From NCBI GenBank assembly GCA_040217195.1, contig JAVJNR010000006.1:128001-192000 (forward strand): 64,000 nucleotides of DNA, read 5' to 3'. The notes beneath the pieces were generated by a model. The model made no database searches. It saw only the letters and a program-made list of their open reading frames with translations, and was not told the origin of the DNA. Source of the stretch: Leptospiraceae bacterium. Its GTDB lineage: Bacteria > Spirochaetota > Leptospiria > Leptospirales > Leptonemataceae. Below, piece by piece: positions 9,740-19,479 of this stretch. The first letter of the stretch is position 1; each line of letters begins with the position of its first letter. The position numbers were made by a program, and so were the translations under genes.

Positions 9740-9961
9740 TTAAGAAACCATCGAGAATATAGGTTGCGGCTGGACTCCGTTCAAAGCTCCAGAGCTCACT
9801 ACTTGTCCGGTTAAAGAAAAAGGCCCGTGCTGGTTTTGTTCCAGACGGGCCCTGTGTTTGGCATTCCTTTTATAAGTCTTGCCCGATGGTTTTACTTTGT
9901 TGGGTGGTAGGGTCTGTTTTCGCGCCTGTGCGCGAATGACCTTCAAGGTTTCACGCTTCAT
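9740..9961 (-). CDS. Small basic protein, candidate ArfA-like alternative ribosome-rescue factor
   Basis: First 37 aa are K/R-rich and end in KVKPSGKTYKRNAKHR (compare ArfA KGKGSYxRKxKH). An intrinsic terminator lies inside the ORF. Confidence 0.55.
   Translation of the reverse strand: MKRETLKVIRAQARKQTLPPNKVKPSGKTYKRNAKHRARLEQNQHGPFSLTGQVVSSGALNGVQPQPIFSMVS
9813..9851 (-). terminator. Intrinsic terminator inside the ArfA-like ORF
   Basis: Minus strand GGCCCGT-CTGG/AACAAAA/CCAG-C-ACGGGCC followed by TTTTTCTTT. Confidence 0.75.
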
Positions 9962-10481
9962 ATAATAATAGACGGACCTGCGCCGGGAAATTGCAAGATT
10001 TTTTCAACGAATTGCATTATCATGATCGATCATCGAAGATCGAAAATCGATGATCCTTGACCTCTGACTCTGAATCATACCTGCCAGGGATCATTACCTG
10101 CAGCATTCCTGTGTATGTTCGGAAGGAAGTTGGATTCATGGTCTCCTATTGCCGGGGTTTTGGGCCAGCTGAAAACGGAATAACGAACGTCCGACTAATT
10201 GAAATGGCCAGCCCGTAGATTGGGAGTTTTGGCCGGCGATGGGCCCATATCCAGATTCCACCGCTCCAGGCTGAATTTGAATCTATTTTTGCTATTTGTC
10301 CTGGCATGTGTAGATTCGCTTTTTCTTTGTCAGAATGACCTGGATTTTGCATCTGGTTTGAGTTAGTTCCTCGGGGCTCCGGGCGATTTTCTTAGCCGAT
10401 TGATTGTGCAAGTATTGAATCCTTAGTTGTTAATAGGCTACCCGGGGCTGGCATTTCCGTAGTCTTCAGGTCTCACAGCGA

Positions 10482-13400
10482 ATGGTTTCTCCAAAAACAA
10501 AAATTCTCGGAATAGCTCTGGCAGCCATTCTGCTTGGCCCTTCCTCCTCCTGCGTAAATGACTATCCGGACGAGCCGTTCTTACTGTTCAGCCCTCAGCT
10601 TGCCTTCACTCTGGGCGGTGAGGTCCTGGGATTGAATGGTAGTTTGACTCTATCGAATAATGGCACAGATTCTCTGGAAATCAGTTCAGACGGAGAGTTT
10701 CAATTCCCGAATCAGTACGCTTCCGGCAGTCCTTACAACGTTCAAATTACAGACTCTCCCATGAACCAGCAGTGTACTGTTAGCTCTGGAGACGGAGTGA
10801 TGCACGGCAATGTCACCACAGTCTTTGTTGAGTGCGAGGACACCGCAGTAACCATCGACAATATTCAGCGCCCCTATTTAAGCTCCCAGGGTGGAGCGCA
10901 CAATACATCCACTTTTGACTGGACTCCGGAATACACAGAGAATTTCGAGATTCGCATTGGAGCCGATTGTAGTACCGGCGCCCTCAGTACCTGGACAAAC
11001 AACTCCGGAACTACAACTACAGGAGTTCAGCAGACCAGTGGAATTAATCAGACAGATCTTGTGCCGGGCCCAAATACAATTCATGTTTGTATTCTGGACG
11101 GTTTTTCCAATGTAATCGATTCCAACAGCTTTACAATTGTGCGCGATGATGTAAGCCCCACCGTTACGCTTTCAGCGACCACCGGTAGTTTTGATTCTGC
11201 GCAGTCCATCAGTGTTACATGCACCGATTCTCCCAGCGGTTGTAATGCCACTGTATTCACTATTCAAGATGTGGCCCTTCCTGGAACGGCCAATCCGGCC
11301 GATCCAGCTGTTACTACGAATGGAACTCCTACCACAGGTGCCCTTTATTCAGTGCCTCTCAATGCGGCGAATCTTAGAAATACTCAGTTGGAAGTTATAG
11401 CAATTGATCGTGCCGGGAATCGATCTGCCATACAGATCGGGAATTACACCGTTGATACAACCTTGCCTGCTCTGACGATAACAGGGCTTACCAGAGACTT
11501 TATCAGCAACACAGCCGGCGCTCCGTACAACAGTTCGGATATCAGCTGGACTTCCAATCGGTCTAACCTGGATTACTTCATCTGGTACGGTGCCACCGAT
11601 TGCCAGGGTTCCGGAGGGACCTTGATTACAAATGGCACAACAGCCGGTGCAGGCGATACAATTACCATTAATGCGGCAGCCATTCCGGTGGGAGCCCAGA
11701 CCATCACTGTAGCCGAGAGAAACTTTGCGGGTTTTTACGGATGTCAGACCACCAGCCTGACGAGAGACGATACTCCGCCAACGGTGGTGGCCGGAGGAAC
11801 ATCGAACGGAGGGGCAATTGCGTATAATGGTGACATAGATATTCGGCTGAGTGAGCAGATCGACCCTGGCTCCATCTCGGTGGGTGGAGGAGACATGGAT
11901 GCTGAGGCCAGTCTGCCGCCAGTGATTGGCACTACCTCCAACCCGGATGATACAATTCAAATCTATCCCATGTCCAACTGGACAGCTGGCCTGGGTCGCA
12001 CTGTGGATGTTGATGTACGCGATCGGGCGGGAAATCTACTGACCTTGAATTGGAGCCTGGATCTGCCGGATGGAACGGTGGAACCCATGTATGCTGCAGC
12101 ACCTGACTGGAATCAACACATTAGAAATGATGGAAGCTTTATATATGATGCTGCAGGCACAGCCTGCGACGGTAGCGAAACTGGATTCATAACAGCCTGC
12201 CTGCATGGCGGAGAACTTAGAAAAGTGCAGGTTCTTAATGAAACCAGCTGCGCCGGGCTTACGGCCACCGATACCAATGGATGGTTTGAATGGGCCTGTT
12301 ACGATCCTCCCGGGCCGGGGCCTGTGGAAATGTATACAATTCGCAGAAGTAGTTCACTGCGTCAGTATATCAACTTTGGTACCCAGGTCTGGCTGACCAA
12401 TGACGTTAACGTAAGTAATGGATTTAGCACTCCGGCCACGGCCTGGTGGGGAAATCCAATTCAAGCTGTGCCTTCCACCGGGATTAGCATGAATACATCG
12501 GGTGCCATATATGTTACGACTGGTAATGTGACTATGACCGGCGCTATTTCTGCGCTAAGCGACAATGTGTCCTTTGTATCTGCGCCGGGAACATCCATTC
12601 TGACAAATGTGGCGGCTCATCAAATCAGCGTGAACAATCAACGATTTGTCTGGCTCGAGGCTACCATGAATCATATAGATGGTACCGGTTCTTCTTCGGG
12701 CATTTTTATCCGGGATTCTGCCTTTATTACTGTAGAAAACTCTAAATTGGCCAATTACCGTGGCTTCAGCAACACAGGTCAAATTCGCATAATCCATAGC
12801 CGGGCTCTATTGCTACGTAACCTCATCGTGGCCAACAATCCAGGCGAACACGGCATCAGTTTTTATGCAGATACTTCAGACAGTCACCATGTTTGGATCG
12901 ATCGGTCTCGAATCTTCAATAACGCCGCTCATGGGCTCTATTACCGGTCCCAGGGTGCCAATGTAGTTCGCGACATGCTGGTTACGCGCTCCATGATTCA
13001 CAACAACGACGGCGGCGGTCTCTACGCAAACCGGGGGATTGCCAATTCCCTGATTATGAACTCCCTATTTGCCAACAATGGCGGTACCGGCGTAAATCTA
13101 TTTGGCACCGGGCCTTCGGGCGGAAATAATACCATGGTCAACATAGTATCGATCAACAATGCCGGTGGTGGCATAGTGCCCGGCGACAACAGTCAGTTTA
13201 TCAATCTCGGGCTTTCTGACAATGGTGGCGCTGACGTGATGGCACCGGCGGGAACCGGTAATTATTATTCCGGGGAGCTTTATTCAGGTACTACCGGAAT
13301 TGGCGACAATGCGGATGGTCGATGTATCTCCTCCGGAGCCGGTTCAGGCATGGCTAACGATGATGATTGTTCACCGGAAGGGCCTTCCGACCATACTGTA

Positions 13401-13919
13401 GTTAGCGCTTTCGATCTTGCAGATCAGTTTGTGGGTCCGAACGGTGGGGCCGGGCTCTATAATATTGGAAATAACTGGTTTGCTGTGGCCAATGATTATT
13501 CCGGAATCGGCAACTCTTCCACACTTGTGCCGGCATATCCGGCCAATAGCTACCGGGAACGATGCGATGGCACATTGTTGACCGGATGTCGCGAGTTTGA
13601 TTGGCACCTCGTGAATTCAGCTCCTTCTCCTGGATTTCGTAACGCTTTAAGCTGTCCGGATGGACTTTCGGTGCAGGATGTTACTCATACTTTTTCATCT
13701 GGTAGCTATACTTTTTTGAGAAACTCTTATGCTCTGGAAACAGATGCCCAGTGGGATCTACCTATGTGCATGGGAAATGAAGCCTGTCTATATACTCCCA
13801 ATCTTGGTCCCTACCAGGGCCATGCAGGGCTTACAGATTCCGGCTGTCCGGACCTGGCCGGTCACCCCACCTTTGGTAACGTGGATCTCCAGGAATTCGG
13901 AACCAACGGTGTGCCCTGA
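10482..13919 (+). CDS. Large surface lipoprotein with Ig-like stalk and right-handed beta-helix C-terminal domain
   Basis: Signal/lipobox SSSC; Thr/Gly/Asn-rich Ig-like modules (DRAGN repeats); parallel beta-helix repeats (IFNN, IHNN, FANN); Cys-rich C-terminus. Confidence 0.75.
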   Translation: MVSPKTKILGIALAAILLGPSSSCVNDYPDEPFLLFSPQLAFTLGGEVLGLNGSLTLSNNGTDSLEISSDGEFQFPNQYASGSPYNVQITDSPMNQQCTVSSGDGVMHGNVTTVFVECEDTAVTIDNIQRPYLSSQGGAHNTSTFDWTPEYTENFEIRIGADCSTGALSTWTNNSGTTTTGVQQTSGINQTDLVPGPNTIHVCILDGFSNVIDSNSFTIVRDDVSPTVTLSATTGSFDSAQSISVTCTDSPSGCNATVFTIQDVALPGTANPADPAVTTNGTPTTGALYSVPLNAANLRNTQLEVIAIDRAGNRSAIQIGNYTVDTTLPALTITGLTRDFISNTAGAPYNSSDISWTSNRSNLDYFIWYGATDCQGSGGTLITNGTTAGAGDTITINAAAIPVGAQTITVAERNFAGFYGCQTTSLTRDDTPPTVVAGGTSNGGAIAYNGDIDIRLSEQIDPGSISVGGGDMDAEASLPPVIGTTSNPDDTIQIYPMSNWTAGLGRTVDVDVRDRAGNLLTLNWSLDLPDGTVEPMYAAAPDWNQHIRNDGSFIYDAAGTACDGSETGFITACLHGGELRKVQVLNETSCAGLTATDTNGWFEWACYDPPGPGPVEMYTIRRSSSLRQYINFGTQVWLTNDVNVSNGFSTPATAWWGNPIQAVPSTGISMNTSGAIYVTTGNVTMTGAISALSDNVSFVSAPGTSILTNVAAHQISVNNQRFVWLEATMNHIDGTGSSSGIFIRDSAFITVENSKLANYRGFSNTGQIRIIHSRALLLRNLIVANNPGEHGISFYADTSDSHHVWIDRSRIFNNAAHGLYYRSQGANVVRDMLVTRSMIHNNDGGGLYANRGIANSLIMNSLFANNGGTGVNLFGTGPSGGNNTMVNIVSINNAGGGIVPGDNSQFINLGLSDNGGADVMAPAGTGNYYSGELYSGTTGIGDNADGRCISSGAGSGMANDDDCSPEGPSDHTVVSAFDLADQFVGPNGGAGLYNIGNNWFAVANDYSGIGNSSTLVPAYPANSYRERCDGTLLTGCREFDWHLVNSAPSPGFRNALSCPDGLSVQDVTHTFSSGSYTFLRNSYALETDAQWDLPMCMGNEACLYTPNLGPYQGHAGLTDSGCPDLAGHPTFGNVDLQEFGTNGVP

Positions 13920-13943
13920 TTAAAGCCAATCGTCGCGCCTAAC

Positions 13944-16589
13944 CTAACCGGCCGGCATTCGATTCACCAGATTGCGCAACCTCTGCACTTCCGGACTATG
14001 TTCCAGTTCTTCCAGAATAGTGAGCAACCGCATGGATTGGTCGGTCTGTCCTCTTAGCCTATAGATATCAGCAAGATTTACCAGGTTTCGGACATGCTGC
14101 GGATTTCGCAGTCTACATCGCTCCGCCAGATCTGTTGCATGGATCAAATGCCCGGATCGCTTGAGCTTCAATGCAGCGCGAAAAAGTAAATCCTCATCCA
14201 CAGGATTGAATCTGTGGATCTGCGCGATAGAAAAGGAAGAGTGATGCCCATTGCTGATCGTCTGGCCTGGCAGGGAGTCCACGTTCGCAGGCGATTTCTC
14301 CCAATCCATTGGAGCTTCATCTATTTGATTCGGGTCCGAACCTCTGGAAACCGGCAAATCAGGGTCGAATCGAATAGAAAGAAGACTGAGATCATCCGTG
14401 ATTTCTCCATTGCTGCGAATCCTTGTTTCTATTTCAGGCAAATCCGCCTGCGTATGCTCTACGAATTTCAAAAACTGAAGTTCATCTTCATTCATCAATG
14501 GATCGGTCCGTCCTTCGGTAATATAGAGCCAGTCATCTCTACCGTCGGAGCCTGCAACCAGGGTATCCCCGGGTTGCAGCGCCAGACAGGAAATCTGAAT
14601 GTCACCGAAACCATCCACCATGCCAATCTTGGGATGGATGGGCTCTTCCGTGAATGAAGCGGCGCCCTGACGAAATAATACCGGTCGTGGATGCTCAAAG
14701 TTCGCATAGTAGAGCAGACCGGATTCATTGTCCACCAGGCCAATCACCGCAGAAATCATCATACTTCCATCGAAAGATACAAAGACGCTCTGAAGCTCAA
14801 GAAAGCATTGCTTCAGCCATTGCTCTGGATAATGATTTCTTGCAGCCGCTGCATTTCGGGTTCTCTGCACCAGGGCGCGAAATACTGTTCCCATAACCAG
14901 GCCGCCGCCCGCACCCTGCATGGATTTTCCCATGGCATCTCCGTTTGCAAAAAGAGTGTAATCTCGACCCAGCAGACTAATTGTATGCACCGAACAGTAA
15001 TCGCCCCCTATTTCACCGGTCCATTTTCGAAACTCAAATTTCTTCTTCTGTCGAATCAGCATCTCTGCAGATACAGAGCTACCTTCCTGGATTTCATTTT
15101 TCCAGAGTGGAGTGAGCAATAGCGAGGTCAGGAAGTAGTCCCCATCCTGTCTTTCTTTTATGAGCCTCAACTTGTCGTATGATTGATTCAGCTGCTCGGT
15201 TCTTTCTTCAACCCGGGCTTCCAGGGTTTCATTCAATTGTTCTACGCGATTGTGCAGTCCCATAAACCGACTGGCCAGCATGATGGCAATACCCAGAATA
15301 AAACTGGCGAAGGCATAGGGTGCCAGATCGATTCCAGTTTCTATAAGTCGAACCTCTAGAAAAATATCATGCAGTGCTCCGGCTGTAAGTAATAGAGTAC
15401 CCAGGGATAGATATTTCGCATCCAGGTTACCTTCCCTTGCCGCTCGCACAATATAGTAGCCCAGATAGATTAAGAAGGGCAATGCCAGGATCATCCAGAT
15501 TTCCAGGCTCAGCCTTACTACGGGGAACTGACCGAGCAAGGTAGAGATTCCCAGTAATCCGCCCAGTCCGGCCATGGCCAGTGCAGATCGACTATATTTG
15601 CGATAGAACAAATGTGAAAGAAACAGCAATAGCAAAGGGAGCAAACTGAAGAGTAATAAATGCTCTACTCTGTTTCTCCAGATTGGTACGGCAAAATCGC
15701 GTATAAATCCTGTCTGGCTTAGCCACATGCCTGCAGCTGCAATGCAGAATAATCCGAAGAACAGATTATGCTTCTCTGATCTTCGTCTGGAGAATAGTAA
15801 CAGATGGTAGAAGCCCACCAGGAAATAAGAAGAGAGTAGAAGCAGATGGATGATTTCATCCGTGTAGAATCGTCTTAGAATTTCGCCTGCCGGTCCCAGG
15901 GCCATTTCTGTTTCTCTAACTCGAAGAGGGTAGTTCCCATTGGTATACAGCGCAATCGTAACGTACTTTGGCCCCCGGGATTCCTGGAGGTCTTCTGCAT
16001 TGAAGACAGCGGGGCTGAGATTAAGCACTTTTAACAGCGGAATACGATCGCCGGAGGAGTAGGGATCTACAGTACCGGTCTGGCCAATCTTCTGCTGACC
16101 AACATAAAAAATAGCTACGTCCGTGACTTCGCCGCTGTAGAATGCCACAGGCTCTCCGCTGGAAAGCAAGGTCCTTATCTCCTCAGAGAGGGGTTTTCGA
16201 ATGGTGACCCAGCCTTCGTAGAATTGAAGTAAGGATTCTCGCTCCGTGATATTTCCAGGAAGATGAATCTCCTTCCAGCCATCAGCAGCCTCGGATGCAA
16301 GCCAGGCCGGATCCCAGCCTTTTTTGTATTCCCAGATTCCGGTTAATGAAAATGGATCGGACTTTTCGTTTCCATTTTCGGAGTAGATTTGATTGGGCTC
16401 TCCTGGACTTTCGCTGGAGCCCTCCGGTCCGGTCCGTCTGGAGTCTTCGCTCAGGGGGGGAGCTTCTGCAGAAACAGGAAGTCCGGGAATTAGCATAATA
16501 CAGCAAAAGGCAGCCAGGAGAAGCTGCCTTAGAGGAAAGCGGGCCAAATAAATGGTTGGTAAGAATGGATGGAATCGGCCACGGCGCAT
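13944..16589 (-). CDS. 7TM-DISM sensor with SpoIIE/PP2C phosphatase domain and TPR-like tail
   Basis: Periplasmic domain, 7 TM, coiled coil, IGGD, GDAMGK, SDG and DDLS PP2C motifs. Start moved from 16691 to ATG 16589 because a terminator-like hairpin lies at 16631-16657; the start remains uncertain. Confidence 0.85.
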   Translation of the reverse strand: MRRGRFHPFLPTIYLARFPLRQLLLAAFCCIMLIPGLPVSAEAPPLSEDSRRTGPEGSSESPGEPNQIYSENGNEKSDPFSLTGIWEYKKGWDPAWLASEAADGWKEIHLPGNITERESLLQFYEGWVTIRKPLSEEIRTLLSSGEPVAFYSGEVTDVAIFYVGQQKIGQTGTVDPYSSGDRIPLLKVLNLSPAVFNAEDLQESRGPKYVTIALYTNGNYPLRVRETEMALGPAGEILRRFYTDEIIHLLLLSSYFLVGFYHLLLFSRRRSEKHNLFFGLFCIAAAGMWLSQTGFIRDFAVPIWRNRVEHLLLFSLLPLLLLFLSHLFYRKYSRSALAMAGLGGLLGISTLLGQFPVVRLSLEIWMILALPFLIYLGYYIVRAAREGNLDAKYLSLGTLLLTAGALHDIFLEVRLIETGIDLAPYAFASFILGIAIMLASRFMGLHNRVEQLNETLEARVEERTEQLNQSYDKLRLIKERQDGDYFLTSLLLTPLWKNEIQEGSSVSAEMLIRQKKKFEFRKWTGEIGGDYCSVHTISLLGRDYTLFANGDAMGKSMQGAGGGLVMGTVFRALVQRTRNAAAARNHYPEQWLKQCFLELQSVFVSFDGSMMISAVIGLVDNESGLLYYANFEHPRPVLFRQGAASFTEEPIHPKIGMVDGFGDIQISCLALQPGDTLVAGSDGRDDWLYITEGRTDPLMNEDELQFLKFVEHTQADLPEIETRIRSNGEITDDLSLLSIRFDPDLPVSRGSDPNQIDEAPMDWEKSPANVDSLPGQTISNGHHSSFSIAQIHRFNPVDEDLLFRAALKLKRSGHLIHATDLAERCRLRNPQHVRNLVNLADIYRLRGQTDQSMRLLTILEELEHSPEVQRLRNLVNRMPAG

Positions 16590-16621
16590 TTCTCTATGAG
16601 GCCTTCTGCGAATCCATCCGT

Positions 16622-16657
16622 CAATAAATTGCCTCCCCATAGTAACTATGGGGAGGC
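16622..16657 (-). terminator. Hairpin, probable terminator after the amidohydrolase gene
   Basis: Perfect inverted repeat GCCTCCCCATAG/CTATGGGGAGGC about 15 nt after the stop at 16673; weak U-tail (AATTTATT). Confidence 0.6.
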
Positions 16658-16672
16658 CAGTTTTGGAGTGCC

Positions 16673-18922
16673 TCATGGGCTGTAGGAGCACCCGGAACAG
16701 CTGGAGTGCTGCTCATATCCAGTCTGAGACATACACATGGATCGTTCCCACATGCACAGATAATGATCAGCAGAGTTCCGAAGAGCATCCGTGTAAGGTG
16801 TAAAGTTAGGAATATTGTTCTCCATATCCTGCAAGAAGTAGCCTACCAGACCAACGTGTGCAAAGCCATAGACATCAAAGTACTGATTGCCCGAGGACTG
16901 TTGCGCAGGCGCATTCTGACCCATACATCGATCCTGTTCAAACTCATCTTTGAAGTTCAATCCATAGGTGCCCACTGAGAATCGAGGAGCCGCCTGCTTT
17001 GCAGGAGTATTGAAATCGGTGCCAAGTCCTACCGGTATTCCATGGTCTACGGCATCGGCCAGTCCCTGGGCAAACATGGAAGAGGAGCCTTCGCAACTAA
17101 CCGGTCCGGCGGGAGTATTACCCTGGTCATCCACATACTGGGTCATTTGATCGGGTCCAGTTCTCAGGCCTACCATGCCCTGGATTTCCTTTAGTTTGGC
17201 CAGTTGAGTATCTGTCAGACCTCTTTCATGCCCTTTATGGTTGGCCGCATGGGAACCGTTGCCCTGCATTCTGCGATGTAACCATCCATGGCTTACATGG
17301 ACCGGATACTTCTGCTGTGAATTGGCGCGAATTCGGCTGCCTCCATCCAGCGGTGCATTTGAGCCTACCAGTGCATCATTCCAGGCTGCTCGACTGATAT
17401 GGGCAAAGTCGATGAGCATCCCTTTTTCTTGCAGCGAATGTAGAAGTTCCCGGCCATCGTTTGTAAGACCGATTGGATTGGGACATACAGTTTCTGTGCC
17501 ATCATTGTAGCAGGCATGGGGATCCAGAGCTCCTCCAGATTTGGCCAGTTCAAACCATTTTTGCAGCCTGATTAAACTGATATCTCCATCTCTCCAGTTA
17601 CCGTTGTTGATTCGGACATAGTCATTGGAGAATAAACTATCGCACCATTTACCAGACTGCACCAGTTTGTACTTATTGGAAATCTTATCGCATCGATTCT
17701 TGCGACAGAGGCATAGATCCTTTCCTTTTTCAAATGCAGTGTTCACGTTATAGAGAAAGTTATAGGCTGCCTGGAAATTCGCCTCCCCGGAAAACCGATT
17801 GGGTGCATGAGCCACCATTTGAAAAGATCTTACCCCTTCCTGGTGCAGTTTATCCAGGCCCCATTGCCAGTCATATCTTGCTTTAAAAGCAGCGCACTCT
17901 GACCTTACATCTGGATCAGATGTGCAACTGGCCAGACCTGGATCAATTCCATAGATGGCTTTAATTTGTTTGTGATAGTTCACCAGGTCGGTGTAGGTGG
18001 ATGGACCATGTCCGTTCTGATAGTCCAGATGTGTTCCCAGGGCTTCATTCAGCTCAACTGCAAGTAATATCGCATGGCCTCCATTTTCGATCACCTGACG
18101 AGCCTGAGCCGGTGAAGTTACTACCTGAATTTGATTGCTCAATGCAGCCAGTGCCTTAATCCCATCCAACTGACGAATGAGTGAAAGCCATTCGTGCTCT
18201 TTGCGATTGCATGTTAGGCTGGGATCCTTGTTGTCCGGATCCAGTACCATGCAGAATGGAAAGTATTCTACAGCGGAGGCTACCTGAAGTTTGTACCCAT
18301 CCTGTATGGCATTTTCCAGCCATGGTAGATACATTTGCTGATGAGCCATTCCATGCCAGATAGGCCAATCCTGGCTACGAACCTGTGGATGATTGCCGGT
18401 ATCGGTATCCTTAAAGAAAAGTGGCCAATCGCCTTGAAAAATTCCGCTAAGATCGTCAGCGTTACCCACTACATTTTCGCCACTAAGATTTTTGATCGCA
18501 CCGAACATACCAGACACTATAGCCTGGTGGATATCCGTTAGATCCAGGTATCCGTGGTTTCCTCCACAGTTGGTCTGACCTGGGCCATGGAAGTGCGCAG
18601 GATCGCCAAAAAGCCAGGCGCCTCCACCTAGATGATGACCCATCAGGTGAGTATGGAGGTCTACCATACCATAATTTTGAGTACTGGTAACGGATTTCTG
18701 GATAGCGACATCAGGCGCTTCCTTTACAGACTCACTGGATTCTGTGGATTCCTTTTCGTCTGAACTGTCGGCCGTTGCAGGCTTCATTCCGTTTCGGTCT
18801 TGTTCTTCAGCAGAAGGTGCCAGTACGCTTAACAGGGCTGCATCTTCCGTTGAGTTGGATTTATTGCAGGCTGCCATTAGAGCAATACTCATAATCGCAG
18901 CCAGCTTCCAGATTTGTTTCAT
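16673..18922 (-). CDS. Lipoprotein amidohydrolase, membrane dipeptidase (M19)-like
   Basis: Start MKQIWK at 18922 with GGAG RBS and lipobox MAAC. Motifs DLHTH, HQQMY..WL, GMLIDFAH, VSH, GLGTDFN, GFAHVGL. Confidence 0.8.
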   Translation of the reverse strand: MKQIWKLAAIMSIALMAACNKSNSTEDAALLSVLAPSAEEQDRNGMKPATADSSDEKESTESSESVKEAPDVAIQKSVTSTQNYGMVDLHTHLMGHHLGGGAWLFGDPAHFHGPGQTNCGGNHGYLDLTDIHQAIVSGMFGAIKNLSGENVVGNADDLSGIFQGDWPLFFKDTDTGNHPQVRSQDWPIWHGMAHQQMYLPWLENAIQDGYKLQVASAVEYFPFCMVLDPDNKDPSLTCNRKEHEWLSLIRQLDGIKALAALSNQIQVVTSPAQARQVIENGGHAILLAVELNEALGTHLDYQNGHGPSTYTDLVNYHKQIKAIYGIDPGLASCTSDPDVRSECAAFKARYDWQWGLDKLHQEGVRSFQMVAHAPNRFSGEANFQAAYNFLYNVNTAFEKGKDLCLCRKNRCDKISNKYKLVQSGKWCDSLFSNDYVRINNGNWRDGDISLIRLQKWFELAKSGGALDPHACYNDGTETVCPNPIGLTNDGRELLHSLQEKGMLIDFAHISRAAWNDALVGSNAPLDGGSRIRANSQQKYPVHVSHGWLHRRMQGNGSHAANHKGHERGLTDTQLAKLKEIQGMVGLRTGPDQMTQYVDDQGNTPAGPVSCEGSSSMFAQGLADAVDHGIPVGLGTDFNTPAKQAAPRFSVGTYGLNFKDEFEQDRCMGQNAPAQQSSGNQYFDVYGFAHVGLVGYFLQDMENNIPNFTPYTDALRNSADHYLCMWERSMCMSQTGYEQHSSCSGCSYSP

Positions 18923-19042
18923 CGTCTCCCCCCGGAGCTCAAAGGCTCCTTTTTCTCTATGACCGCGTCGGTCAGTTTCGCATGATTCCGGTTTTACCGG
19001 TTTATATCTGGCCACTGAACTCAGAGGCACTGAGCCTTATAA

Positions 19043-19058
19043 TGCAACCATCGTACCT
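19043..19058 (-). promoter_or_regulatory. sigma54 (-24/-12) promoter for the amidohydrolase
   Basis: Minus strand AGGTACGATGGTTGCA gives exact GG-N10-GC spacing, close to TGGCACG-N4-TTGCW, about 120 nt upstream of the start. Confidence 0.7.
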
Positions 19059-19293
19059 GCCCCGGGTCATTTTTTCAGTCAGGATCCGGCTGAGCCGGGG
19101 AGGGCCCATACCAGCCCTGACGGAATGGGAGGTGGACCTGAGAACTGCCTCTATAAGGCTGTACAGCCCAGAATTGCAGGGTTGGAAAAGGATGACCCGG
19201 ACTGGACAGAGGTTCAACGCCTCAAATGCAGCAGCGACTCAGGCTCCGAAGCGGAGCCGATCCGCAGGTTAGCGCTCGATACAGGTCCTTACC

Positions 19294-19345
19294 GTCAGAA
19301 TATTTGGCGTCAGCAAACCTGACCTGTCAGAAATACTGACAGGTC
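19294..19345. promoter_or_regulatory. Three tandem GTCAG-N5-CTGAC palindromes, candidate enhancer (UAS)
   Basis: GTCAG-aatat-TTGGC, GTCAG-caaac-CTGAC, and GACCTGTCAG-aaata-CTGACAGGTC (perfect 10-bp arms). Confidence 0.65.
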
Positions 19346-19479
19346 TTTTGACGGGTAATGCCCCCTGGAAAATTGACTTGGGCCGGGCCTTCATAACGCT
19401 ACAATTGTCTTGTCAGAATCAGGGGCGGATTTACACCCAGGTATAGTGTTTCTGCGAATTTTCCAGAATAGGGGGGAGA

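Noticed and set aside
9965..9996. sigma70 promoter for a leaderless ArfA-like transcript (TTGCAA...TATTAT)
   Set aside because: Spacer is 20 nt and the -10 is only 3 nt from the ATG; plausible but not supportable without TSS data.
10020..10139. 39-aa minus-strand sORF and GATCATCGA/TCGATGATC inverted repeat upstream of the ArfA-like ORF
   Set aside because: AGGAG is only 3 nt from the ATG and the peptide has no recognisable features; too weak to call.
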